Shown in pieces: positions 1 through 11,760 of a DNA stretch of 64,000 bases. The notes beneath the pieces are model-generated. The model saw nothing but the letters and a program-made list of their open reading frames with translations, did no database searches and had not been told where the DNA came from. A program made the position numbers and the translations under genes. This stretch comes from Laetmonice hystrix (taxonomy: Eukaryota): positions 42,472,001 through 42,536,000 of the forward strand of contig OZ249436.1 of NCBI GenBank assembly GCA_965235115.1. The letters are read 5' to 3'. Position 1 is the stretch's first letter; every line of letters begins with the position of its first letter.

Positions 1-443
1 CAGGCCCCACACCCACCTCCTGTCCAGGCCCCACACCCAGCTCCTGTCCAGACCCCACACCAACCTCCTGTCCAGACCTCACACCCAGCTCCTGTCCAGA
101 CCCCACACCGACCTCCTGTCCAGACCTCACACCGACCTCCTGTCCAGACCCCACACCCACCTCCTGTCCAGACCCCATACCCACCTCCTGTCCAGACCTC
201 ACACCCACATCCTGTCCAGGCCCCACACCCACCTCCTGTCCAGGCCCCACACCCAGCTCCTGTCCAGACCCCACACCCACCTCCTGTCCAGACCTCACAC
301 CGACCTCCTGTCCAGGCCCCACACCCACCTCCTGTCCAGACCCCACACCCACCTCCTGTCCAGGCCTCACACCTAGCTCCTGTCCAGACCCCACACCCAC
401 CTCCTGTCCAGACCTCACACCCACCTCCTGTCCAGACCCCACG
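1..443. repeat. 24-bp minisatellite (consensus CAGACCCCACACCCACCTCCTGTC), ~18 copies, truncated by the window start
   Basis: Unit recurs in phase at 1, 241 and 361 (multiples of 24); strongly C-rich on the + strand. Confidence 0.97.
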
Positions 444-862
444 CCTACGGCTAAACGTTTTTTTTCTTCATGATAACTACAGTATAGTCCGTTTTATGTA
501 TTGCATCCATGTGTTCCGTTTACCAACCACCCATCCATCGATGGGTCTGACCCATCGGCCGATGGGTCAGATCGACCGATGGCGCGTAACATCTAGATAT
601 GATATATATTTGAATAAAAGATCTATAGAGAACTGCTATACCTAGGCCTATATACATTGCCGTCACATCTATAGTAGGCACTACCAGAATTTGCAACTTC
701 ATAAATGAGAAACACCTCACAAATCCTTTGCGAATAGCAGAGTCTAGATACAGTGACCAGATATCTCCTCCCAGGCTTCCCTTTTCACTTCTTCTGCAGT
801 CCCGACATGCTTGGATGCAGATCGGTCGTCTTCCTTTGCTTCTGATGATGGGTGGGGGGGAC

Positions 863-1240
863 CAGGGGCGGATCCAGGGCTCCGACTGAAAATGTTTGGG
901 AATATAAAAGGCCATAGATGCTATTTCCCGGCTTCTCTGCATCAAACCAAAGAGTTTTGGGTACCGACCTTTTGGTCAAAATTAATGTATTAATCAGTGG
1001 GGGATCCAGAGGGGCTCAGCCCCTTTAGATTATCCTTTTTTGTATGAAGATGCCTTAGTACAGCTAACATGAAATCATGCCGAGCGTAGCGAGGATAATT
1101 TCTTTTTGTAGGTGGGCCCCACCCCAATATCAAAATCCTGGACACCCCACTGATTAATGCATGTTTATTAGAAATAGAGGGGGGAAATAACCGAGAGAAG
1201 GGGGGGGGGGGTCACGACTCCCCCCCCCCTCCGATTCCCT
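863..1240. mobile_element. CAGGGGCGGATCCAGG-family MITE carrying a nested CAGTGGGGGATCC...CCCCACTG element (995-1152)
   Basis: Internal sequence (CGACTGAAAATGTTTGG...GGCCATAGATGCTATTTCCCGGCTTCTC...) is near-identical to 34186-34558. The nested element has TIRs and an ATTAAT direct repeat on both sides. The right end is degenerate. Confidence 0.8.
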
Positions 1241-1369
1241 ATCTAAAGCATGCAACATGCATGCGCAGATGGACCAGTTCTCGAGTTTCAGTATTGATAA
1301 AAGGGCGGGACGGGGGGGGGGGGGTGCCTGCCACAAGCATTCAACAATTAATTAAAATTATGTGCACTA

Positions 1370-1979
1370 CATAGGCGGCGAAAGATATTCACAGGTGGGG
1401 GGGGCAAAGACCAAATCATAGGTCCCAAGTTCCAAGATTCGAAATGCTGGTCAAGCGAGCGGGGGTCTGGGGGCCCTTCCCCCGAAAAAAATAAAAATTA
1501 AAGTGCCAAATACGCGTTTTCCTGGCATCGGGGATCAAACTCCAAGGTCTTAGAGGTAGCTAAAAATAACATTTTTTTAATTAGCAAAAATCGCACATCT
1601 ATCAGATATGGCTATAGATCTAGACCACACGATGTGGATAAGCAAAGAAAGTGCCTGACGCCTGACATCTCCTGCCACCTTGAGCTAGGGGGGCAAAAAT
1701 ATGCTTTCCCCCCTCGCCCCCTCCCCCACAAACTCACTCATTTTTAGCCCTGGTTTGGCATTTTAATTAACGAAAGAGACGGACAACGTCATGCCAACAT
1801 ATCGGATCCAGTTCAACGCGCTTATACTGCTTAGGGAATCAGACCTGCTGTCTGCTGAACCCACCAAGGGTTGGCCTGTGGGGGTGGGGGTGGGGGCGTG
1901 TCAATTGATATGATGTCCCCCGCCCTGTATAAAAAGTGGGAGGGACATGTCCCCCCCCCCCCACCTTTCGACGCCCATG
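1370..1979. mobile_element. MITE-like element with CATRGGCGKCGAAAG...G-tract terminal inverted repeats
   Basis: Left CATAGGCGGCGAAAG..GGTGGGGGGG versus right CCCCCCCACCTTTCGACGCCCATG. Confidence 0.6.
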
Positions 1980-2344
1980 GAAAATGGTAGCCGCATCATC
2001 AAAACATAAACATTCGTTCCGCAAAAACAACACATAAACCGGAGCACATGCCAAGACCTGTGCGTATTCAGGTGTCACGACACAAGTTAACATTTTCTTA
2101 ATCAATATACGAGAATTCTCGTAAAATATTTACGATTTTATTCGTAAATTTAAGATATGCAATTTCAGATATACGAAAGCTGTTCTGAAACGCAATTAAC
2201 GAATGTTCGCAAATTTTCTCGTATCTTAAAATTTACGAGGATTCTCTTATCGCAATTTAGGACAAAACTTCTGCAACGCGGGCTATAGCAGGACTAGTCA
2301 AGATGGCACCTCCTGGTCCTAGTCTTGGCGCCAAAAAATCTAGG

Positions 2345-2728
2345 TCATATGTAACAAAGCTTCTGATTGGTACTTTGACAATAGCGTTTTGGTCGTCTTC
2401 CAACCAAAGTACTTTGGCAGTAGACACTCCGTTCTATTATATCTTCTTTCTCTTCTTCGGAGAAATTTGTCACCAACCTCGGGCCTGCCTTCCTCTTTGC
2501 CTTGTTTTGTTTGCCCCCGTCAGCGTCAACAGGCTCAGCAGCTTTTCTGACTTCCTCCTCATCATCTGTGTCTTCTGGAGGTGGGGTTGGTGACCTAGGA
2601 GGAGCATGGACTATCAGCTCCGGGTCTGACTCTGCTGCTGGTGGGGCTGGTCTCACCATCATCGGTCCGGGGGGCCTTCGGGCCTTCGGACCAGACCGTC
2701 TCCATCCTCTACCTTTTTTTGGTGGCAT
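2345..2728 (-). pseudogene. Truncated N-terminus of a PIF/Harbinger ORF2-like (Myb/SANT DNA-binding) protein
   Basis: ORF begins MPPKKGRG (basic, NLS-like), has a Pro/acidic linker, then ...VTNFSEEEKEDIIE, which resembles helix 1 of Myb/SANT-like domains; similarity is lost after that. It adjoins an ACGT-rich region (2780-3343) with a TTTTTGACAGTCAAAAA near-palindrome and a Harbinger-like end GTGTAAACGAAACA|TTA. Confidence 0.5.
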
Positions 2729-3344
2729 TTCACAAAAATTTCAACAAAGTAATATCTCAAGCAATTATCTCAATTAATAGCAATAATATCAGCAGGTCTT
2801 GACAGGTCAAAGTGGATTGAAACCTGGCTGCCGTGAAGGTCCTTTATATGTTCCCTCTCGGACCCTGGGAGACGTCTTAGAACGTATTAGAACACGTGAC
2901 AGGCCAGGAAGCGAACCCTATCAAGCCCTGGGAGGCCTTGTCAGAACGTGTCAAAATGGATCAAACAATCCCAGGCCACCGTGGGAACAGTGTTAAAATC
3001 GGCAATAACGTGGTAGAACGGGCCAAAACCTGCAAAAACCGTGGTAGGACTTGGAATGCAATTCCAGTTCCACTAAGGAAGCCCCCCAAGTTTTGTGAAG
3101 TCCTGTTAGGTTCTGTTAAGTTTTGTCACGTTCCGTCACGTTCACCCCGTTCTATCACCGCCTACCAGGTTTCATTTTTAAACGGGGTGAACGTGGCCAA
3201 ATTTTTGACAGTCAAAAATTTTTCAACGGCATTCCCGACTATCAAGATCTATCGCGTTTCCCCTTCCCGTCCCCTCAGGTTCATCCCGTTTTGACCCTGT
3301 TTCAGACAAACGTGGAGAACGTGAACATAGTGTAAACGAAACAT

Positions 3345-4160
3345 TACTATGGCTCACTGCGGCTCTCTTACGGGTTGATGCGGTTCCACTACGGCTTACT
3401 ACGGGCTGTTACGTATCTCCGACGGTATATTACGGATTGAACAGGTTGGGATGCTGACCAATATATAAGAATGCGTCACCACGTGACCCACGCGTTGGCC
3501 ACCTTGATTCGTAGCAACCCGTAGCAAGCCATACCAGCCCGTCACAATACGTACGACCCGTAGCACTCAGTATCATCCCGTATCAAGCCGTAGTGGATAC
3601 GTATCAATACTTGGTGTGATCCGTTCCTATACGTACCAATACTTACTTATACGTACCAACCCGAGAACAACCCATAGTGGGTCCGTCACCGATCACGTGA
3701 TCACGGCTTACTAGGGAAGCGCTAAGTGTTCACTAAGGGTTGCTACGTATCGTCTACGGGTTACTACGTGTCATCTACGGGTTGCTACGGGTCCGCTACG
3801 GGGTTTTTATCCGTGGTTGAAATCGGAAAAGTTTTGAACATGTTCAAAACTTTTCCACGGATCGAAAGGCCGCTACGGATCGGTACGGGTTGCCACGGGT
3901 AGCTACGGAACATCCCGGATCACGCCGGATCGGACCACGAATCATGCCTAAGGTGCTCTCACACTAGAGCTACGGCGCTACTACGACTACTACGGTAATG
4001 GTCCACTACGGTTTTTACTACGATGTGCCATGGTACGATATACTACGGTGCTACTACGATGTAGTACGGTCCTTCTAAGGTCCTACTACGGACCAACTAC
4101 TACGGTTTAGTACGAATTACTACGGTAGGGTACGATTAGCTGCGTTTCAATACGTTCTTA
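3345..4160. mobile_element. TACG/CGTA-saturated Harbinger-like non-autonomous element fragment
   Basis: Dense TACG/CGTA words; perfect palindrome GAAAAGTTTTGAACATGTTCAAAACTTTTC near 3826-3855; shares CTATGGCTCACTRCGGCTCTCTTA with the adjacent MITE (3347 vs 4390). Confidence 0.65.
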
Positions 4161-4161
4161 A

Positions 4162-4474
4162 GCCCCCGTCACACTTTCCCGGATCGCACGACGGTTTGGA
4201 ATGATCCGTAGCGCACGGCGATCCGGCAGCTTCCGTGACCTGGAAGGGCGATGATGCGTGAAACTCCGTATCCAGAACGGGTTGATAAGGGTTGACACTG
4301 CTCCAGTAGGGGTTACTACGACATTGTTACGGGCTGAGAAGGATTGTTACGAATAGCTTCCCGGGGCTACACCGTATAGGTACGGCTTACTATGGCTCAC
4401 TACGGCTCTCTTATGCGTCCGTAGGCCCGATCCGGCAAGACCCGGCGCGCGATCCGGGAAAGTGTGACGGGGGC
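4162..4474. mobile_element. Harbinger-like MITE
   Basis: Perfect 26-bp TIR: GCCCCCGTCACACTTTCCCGGATCGC / GCGATCCGGGAAAGTGTGACGGGGGC. Confidence 0.85.
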
Positions 4475-5672
4475 CTGTTTTTAAATCCATTTTGAGCGGG
4501 CTGTTCAATGTGTTTGACTCATGTATTTAGACTGCATAGGCCTAGAGTCTATATCATATTTATTTAGTGTAAAAATGAAAGTAAGGATTCAACAGCCGGG
4601 TGAGAACGGAAAAGAATGAATTTAAACACACCTGAGAGTCTGTTATATCTTACCTGAGGGAGGGCCCACAACCCTTTGAGATTATCCTTTGAAGTGTTTT
4701 GAGAATGGGGTAGTGTTTTGAGCTTGACCGTGTTGTCAGCGTGGTGAGGGTGGTGCTTTGAGCGTGGGGTGCGATAATGCTGAAACCAGTGGATTCAGCG
4801 TACACTCAGAATACCCTAGAGTAGTTTGGGCGTACGCTCAGACCACTTTCCACCGTGACGGAATTACACTGAGTACCCTGTTTCGCAAGAACAACTGATA
4901 TTTTGACTTTTTTTTATAGGTATTGTCCCCAGAAAAAAAATTCACAGTACTTCGGATATATCTCAAGTTTGCTTGGAGGTACAAGTTGGGTGAATATGTT
5001 AAACTTTTTTTCCTGTAGGAACAAGACATATCACCTGTGACGGAATTACGTTGCTTTGACACGCTCTTTTAGTCACGTGCATGTTTCAGTAAATTTCTGC
5101 AGATTGGTGGAGGCTACTATGTTTTCCTTCAAATATGTCATAGTGCTCTGCACAATGTTTTTTTAAAACTATGATTACCATGGCCCGTCTACAAAAGCAT
5201 TGTGGCTAGGGGGGTCACAAACCCTTGTGACGGATTTACATTTTATGATTGTGACGGAATTTCACTGCAGCAATTCCGTCACAACCACTTTTTTGGGGAC
5301 ACAAAATTGAACATTCCTTGCTAAAATCATGCTACTGTGGGCCATAAACTGCAATTTAATGAGTGAAAATGTAAAGCACATATTTTCCGGTGGGCCTATT
5401 TTGAGGTGTTTTGCCAGTGATATACCTCCATCACATGAGCATCTCGTATACGTCGGCAGCCCACAATGGCCTTCCGTTTACGCTGGCTTTTTAGCATTGC
5501 CTTCGCAACGCGATACACTGCTGGCGTCTTGTAAGGTGGCTTCTGCGAGTTAAACCCTTTTAATGCCCTTTTTCAACTACATGTAGGCCTACTTTCTTAC
5601 TGCGTTTCCTACTTTCTGTGAATTTTACGTTCCCGGCGTGACATTGAGTCCTGGCCACTTTTCTTCAAGATA

Positions 5673-6016
5673 CAGTGGGGGATCCAGGATTTTGATAAGG
5701 GGGGGGGGGGGGCCCACCTGAAAATTTTTTTTAGCCTCGCTACGCTCGGCAGGATTTTATTGCGCTTATAGCCATTTTGGGCCCCTTTTTATCTATTTCA
5801 ATGCGCAATGGCCCAGAGTTATGTTGCTCCTGGATCACTGAGGAGGTCCCTTTGGGCCCGATGTTACTATCATGTACAATATAGGAGGCTTTTTTGAAAG
5901 AATTTTGTTGGAACATCGGTTTCAGGGTCCGAATAATGCTTCTTCTTAAAAAAAAGCGGGGAAAAGGAAAATTTAAGGGGGGGGCGGGCCCCTTGCCCCC
6001 CCTGGATCCCCCAGTG
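5673..6016. mobile_element. CAGTGGGGGATCCAGG-family MITE with a 5-bp TSD
   Basis: TIRs CAGTGGGGGATCCAGG / CCTGGATCCCCCAGTG flanked by AGATA...AGATA; an inverted copy lies at 52376-52715. Confidence 0.9.
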
Positions 6017-8250
6017 AGATACCATTATTATCCTTGTAGGGGCCTACCCATCTTAAGTTGTCAATGGGCATCGCGCATCCTGCATTCTACCCTTGAGATC
6101 AGCCCAGTCTAAACTGCCGGAGGTTGACCTTGAGGTCAACTTCATGAATATTAATAGGACCTGGCATGGTCCGTCATCGACTCACCACCAACACTCACGG
6201 TCTTCACCGTAGGCTTTCCAGCGAAAAGGCCCCACACCATAAGCTTTTACCTTGCCCAGTTCGCTGATCAATACACAAATGTATGTGCCCCTCCCTGACA
6301 ATTATGAATACAGTTTGTAGCACTCTGACTTGATATAGGCCTAGAGTTTAATAGGGGCCTACGCGAAATTCCAAATTTTATCTTCCCTGATTTCAGGATC
6401 ATTGCTTCACTTTAGCTGGCATCCAAACACACCGACCTGCTCGGCCTGGTGTCGCCGACGCTAGCTGTCGGTCTCGGCCTCTGCCGAGACCGTGGGTTAA
6501 GGTTAATGCTCGGGATAGGGTTGTAGAGCCTAGTTATAGTGTATGTTCTTAAAGCCCTGTCAACTTTTCCCTAAAATAAGTTTCGTAGCAGCCTGCATGG
6601 GTTGAGAGTTCATTACCAAAGTGGTTATAGGCGATCTTCCTGCGACGTCTGGCGAAACACAACAGTTCCATTCGTTTAAAAGTTCAAACATCTGCAGCCA
6701 AAGGGGCTATACTCCGCATGAAATTATTGAACATCCACATCAAGGAGTAGATAAATTACGGCTCTAGCCTCTAAACATGGTGTTTTCAAAAGCTGTTGAT
6801 AAATCACACTTCATAATTAGACCCCAATTTGACACTACATTCTACACTGTATGGCAAAGATTGTATCAATATTATTATTAGCCCATGGTCGCATTAGCCG
6901 GCATTCACAGGTAGGCCCTATTATAACGCATCGGGGTAGAAAGTGAACTCGTGCTTGGTTACTTTGAAGTGAATCCGTGCCCTGCCACCTTGTGATTGTT
7001 GACTGAACTAGACAATTATTTTACCGGCTTTGTACCGTAAATTGTAACGGTTTACCGTAATTTTTGAATCGTGACTTGATTAACGGTATATTTCTAGTAT
7101 CTTCACTGGTATCATACTGTAATTTTATCGAGGCATTTTACGGTATGCCGTAAAACTAACAATTGCCAATTTGTTGATTTACGGTACCTACCTGCCATTC
7201 AATACGGGTCATGTACCGTAAACTATGGATCATGACCGTTTTCTTTATATTTTACGGTCAAATCATGAGTTTACGCGGTTTTATCCATTAAAATTGAGTA
7301 ACGGTAAAATTCCGTAATTCTTTACTGACTTTTCACCATGAGTTGGCCGTAACTTTTAACAGTGCAGGATTCTCTCGATGACGGTGGATTGAATCTGCCG
7401 ACTATTTTTAAAAATCGCACCTGATATTGACGTTGTTGAAGACGCTCTGTTTGCGCATGCGCGTTACTCTAGTAAATGTATATGGGGAATTTTATGTGGA
7501 AAATGAACGGAACAAATATTTTTTAACCCGTTGATGATATAACCTTAATGGGGTGGAGACTTTGAAAAATTGGCTCGTTGTCCAGATTTTCGTGGAATCC
7601 ATATAGTACTGTAGTGCTTTGAGCGGGTAGTTGTTTGAGCGTATTACACCGGCATGATAGAGTATTATATTTTGCGACTCTTCACTCCTTCCACACTATG
7701 CAGTGCTCGAATTTCAAGGAAGTCGCTATCTCCGTTTTCAGCAGAACTTTTCTCACGGGAGCGTTGGGAATCCCGGAAATACGTCATGACCAATCTCAGA
7801 CCCCCCACGAATGTACGGCCAGAGCGTACAAAGATGGCAGGCGTTACCGGCTCCTACTCGCGTCGACCCCAGAGCCACCTAGCGAGTGAGCCGGGAGACA
7901 GCTTATAGATGACGCTGCGAAGCTGTTCAACCCCGAGCGTTGGAGAATGGATAATACCTACCGGGGGGTAGGTATTATATGGGGGTAGGTATTAGATGTG
8001 ACACCGGAACTTCGTCACAAAGATTGCAGTAAGGCCGACCCTGCGAAGCCATTCAGGCTTTTGTTGGCAGTGTGCTATTGGCTATACGTGTACGTCCGGT
8101 TTAATAGCTACTTAACGCACGAGAGGGTAGGCGGCTGCCCAAGTATTCTCGGCACCCGTGAGTAAATTAGTCATAAAGTCTTTGTGACAGGAGAGAGCAA
8201 GGTAGGAGTAATCTTCCAAATGCTATCGATCTATTTACATCTGAGTTAGA

Positions 8251-9734
8251 GTACTACGGTGGCTCATAAGGGACATGCATGTCTTATTTGCTATTTCCAA
8301 GGAAATCACTATAGGTTTTTCGGGGTTTCACTTTTAAATATCGACGATTTCGCTTTCCTTTATGGCGAATACAGGACAGCGAGCTTGAAATAACAATTGA
8401 GAAGACAGAAAACCTTGCGAATAATTATTACCTGACGAAACACGAAACATCATATATGAGAATCCGAGAAACTAAAATGAAAACGCAAGAAATAATATAT
8501 CCCCTTGGCACACGCCGACGCCTAGCCAGAGTTACGTCCATAGAGGATGTGGGTATAATATAGGCTTAATTAGGCCTATATATTAAATCTAGATCTAGCG
8601 TGGATCCAGTCCCGAATTACTTCTGATCTTACCGATGTTTCATAGCATTATTGACCTAATGAATAGGTACACGGCTTATTAAAAGTTAATTAGGGCCTCC
8701 TGGACTAGCCTCTGGAGATCTAGCCTAACCATACCTTAATCACTATCTATATATTATGAGTAATTGCCAGTTTTTCTCCGCCTACGTGAGATATACCTAG
8801 AGGGCTAGGGCCTATAAACTAGTCTCACTTTGGATTAGATCGATATTTGTGAAGCAGGCCCATAGCCACCTTGGAGGATCGGAGGATCCCCGCGACCCAG
8901 AAGTTCCACCCCGGCCTCCTCAGATACCCCCCCCCCCCGCCCACCGCCCCAATAATATTACAAATAAAGTAATTAATGGAGCAACAAAGAAAATGATATA
9001 ATCTTATCAGAAAACCTTTAATTAGCATGAAATGACCATAATAGGCCTATATATGCATCTATATATAGCTACTTAAATATTTTTCTCGTTAATCATTCAA
9101 CAAACTGATACAAAACATTGTTAAAATTTAATTTCCGGAGCCCTTCCCTGGTAACATTGGAAAAACCTAAGTTGGTCCTCAGCAGGTGGGTGGGGGTGGG
9201 GGGTCCAGACTCCGGACCCCCCGGACTCCCCTCCAATCCGCGCCTGTGGGCCCCTGCTTTTGGTGGGCCCCTATAGTCTTCAACCTTGTCAGCCATAATA
9301 ACAACTATCCCCATCTCACCAGATAGGCCCTGCACTCCGATTGGGAGCAGACGTAAATTATACCCACATTCTCTATGGACGCACTCTGGCTAGGCGCCGA
9401 CGTGTGCCTTTTGGCGGGCCAAAGACCACAATTTCCACCGCGGTGATAATATTTCCACCGCGGTGGAAATATTTCCACTGTGGTGATAATATTTCTTGCG
9501 TTTTAATTTTAGATTCTCGGCTTCTCATATATAATTGTTCGTGTTTCGTCAGGTAATATTTTGTCTTCATTGGAAGGTTTTCTGTGTTCTCCATTGTTAT
9601 TTCAAGTTCGTTGTCTCTATTCGCCATAAAGGAAAGCGAAGTCGTCGATATTTAAAAGTGAAACCCAAACCTATAGTGATTTCCTTGGAAATAGCAAATA
9701 ACACATGCATGTCCCTTATGGGCCACCGTAGTAC
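8251..9734. repeat. Inverted pair of a ~300-380 bp repeat (8251-8558 vs 9357-9734); possible foldback element
   Basis: GTACTACGGTGGCTCATAAGGGACATGCATG... is the reverse complement of ...CATGCATGTCCCTTATGGGCCACCGTAGTAC; similarity runs inward to GTCCATAGAGGATGTGGGTATAAT / ATTATACCCACATTCTCTATGGAC. Confidence 0.9.
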
Positions 9735-9858
9735 ACCCTTGTCATTATGTATACCTCGCCATTTATTATCAATCTGGGATCCCCTTCATAATAGTAATCT
9801 TCTGTAGGAAATCTCCCTCTGTGATCGTTGAGCTCATTCAAGTAAATAATCATGCCTA

Positions 9859-10418
9859 AAGCCCCAGTCCCATATAGGTGCCGGATCAACACGGATCACA
9901 TCCGGCACGATCCGGCGTGTGAACCGTGTAGCCGCCGTGTAGCTCCGCGGCGATCCCTGTTGGTCCTGAAACGTCCGGGAATGTCCTTGGGGCTCCGGGA
10001 GGCCAACACGGCAGTTTTGAGAAGTTCAAAACTGTCGTGTTCTTCCGTGACCTTCCGGGGAGATGGCAACATCCGGGGTCGACCGTGTTGGTCCGTGTCG
10101 CTGCCGTGTAGGTCCAGGATGGTCCGTGTACAGGCCGTGTTAGTCCGTGTTTATCCGGGGCTGTCCGTGTCTCTGCCGTGTTGGTCCATGTTAGTCCGTC
10201 GTTCTGCCGGGACAGTCCTTGGTCATCCGTGTGGGCGCCGTGTTGATTGCTGCCGTGTTTGTCCGTGTTTGTATGGGTTCGTCCGTGTAGCTGCCGTGTT
10301 GCCACCGCTCAAAAACCCCAAAAAGAGCACGGATCGTCCCGGATCTTGATCCGGCGGGATCCGGCACTTTCCGGGACTGGCGTGTCCATCCGTGCATGCG
10401 TATATGGGACTGGGGCTT
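9859..10418. mobile_element. Harbinger-like MITE saturated with CCGTG
   Basis: TIR AAGCCCCAGTCCCATATA / TATATGGGACTGGGGCTT flanked by TA; internal GTTTTGAGAAGTTCAAAAC near-palindrome. Confidence 0.88.
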
Positions 10419-11760
10419 TACAACAGACCTACTAGGCCTACTACGGAAGCCCGTTGATGCCACAGTGTGAAAATACTTCATATATAGCTGCCGCCACATA
10501 ATTATGTGGCGGCCGCGAGTTATTATGTAGCGGCCGCCAACAGGGTTTCAACAAAGAGGGTGCCGATAGTACCGACTATATACCGACCAGCGACTGTCAA
10601 CTTCAAAATATTTTTGCTCCCCAATGAGGGCACTTTGAGTCTTGAGCCTTACAAATATGATTAATTAACAAGTTTACTGAATGAAAAGGTACATTTCACA
10701 TGTAAGAAGTATAAATTTTTACACTACAGCCTGATTTTAGAAATTGTTGTTACTGAGCCTATGTTAAACCTATGGGCAATTTGTGACGTCACATTGTTTG
10801 TCCCCAAAGCGCAAGTGGTTTGAGGCTATTTCACGTCATTTGCATATCCAGGACACGAGACTGTCCAGCCCTATAGTGATTAGGCCTACTAACTGCCAAC
10901 GTTGGGCCAACGTATATTTTCCAACCAACTGTCGTCGGTGGCGACAGTGCCGACCAAATGCCAACGTTGGGCCAACGTATACGTGTTATCTGGGAAGCGA
11001 CCCACCGACTCCGGCAATCTCGACCGATTGGGGCTGCGACCCGAATGAAATACGTTTGATTTTTTTCGAGTCGTGGAGCTCACCGACTCCAGGCGATTAT
11101 ATAGGTCCAAGTGCGCTAGTGCAGCCATCGTTTGCAACAGTCTCTGAAATTGTCGATAAATCTGTCGCCATCTTGCTTCGAATTGGTTTAGCGGTGACGT
11201 CATGGGCATGTTTCTGGTAAAAGTGGGATCGCAGTGGGACGCGAATAGCGGCCCTCTGGCCGGGAATCTGCGTCGTTCGTTCCGCCTGGCGGCCACATAA
11301 CAATTCGTGGACAAGTAGGGCAGACAAGCAGACGAAGCCAGCGGGAGAATGTCTAGCTACATTTCTGTTGATTATTCATTTATTAAAGATCAGACCATCA
11401 AAAGATTGTAGGTAGGAACAAGCTTGTTCATGCTGAACACCCTTACATTGATAGTTTGAACTTTTCTGTAACCTTTAAACATGGGCTCACATTAGGAACG
11501 AGAAACATCCTGACGCCCGCAGGCGGCGCGGGAAGTTGACAGGTGGGAGGTGGGAGGTGTGCAGACTGACATCTCCACAACCGTGGTGGTACGACGGTGG
11601 CAGTAGGCTATACGACGGTGGCGGTGACGGCCGTGGCGGTGTCACAGGAGCAACAGCAGCAGCAGTAGCAACAACAACAAGAAGAGTTCTCAGAGCATCG
11701 TCATTTGCGACAGAGACACTCGTTTTTAAAGTAAAATTTATAACGAACGCGACTTGGACA

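Noticed and set aside
546..571. Perfect 26-bp palindrome TCTGACCCATCGGCCGATGGGTCAGA as a structured RNA
   Set aside because: More simply a remnant of a small hairpin MITE; no promoter or RNA-family features.
9852..10499. Overlapping 100-165 aa ORFs
   Set aside because: They lie within a GC-rich non-coding MITE; stop scarcity comes from the CCGTG motif.
11536..11760. 75-aa N-terminal extension of the GPCR ORF
   Set aside because: Starts at TTG and is low-complexity; the first ATG (11761) has strong Kozak context and gives a normal short glycosylated N-terminus.
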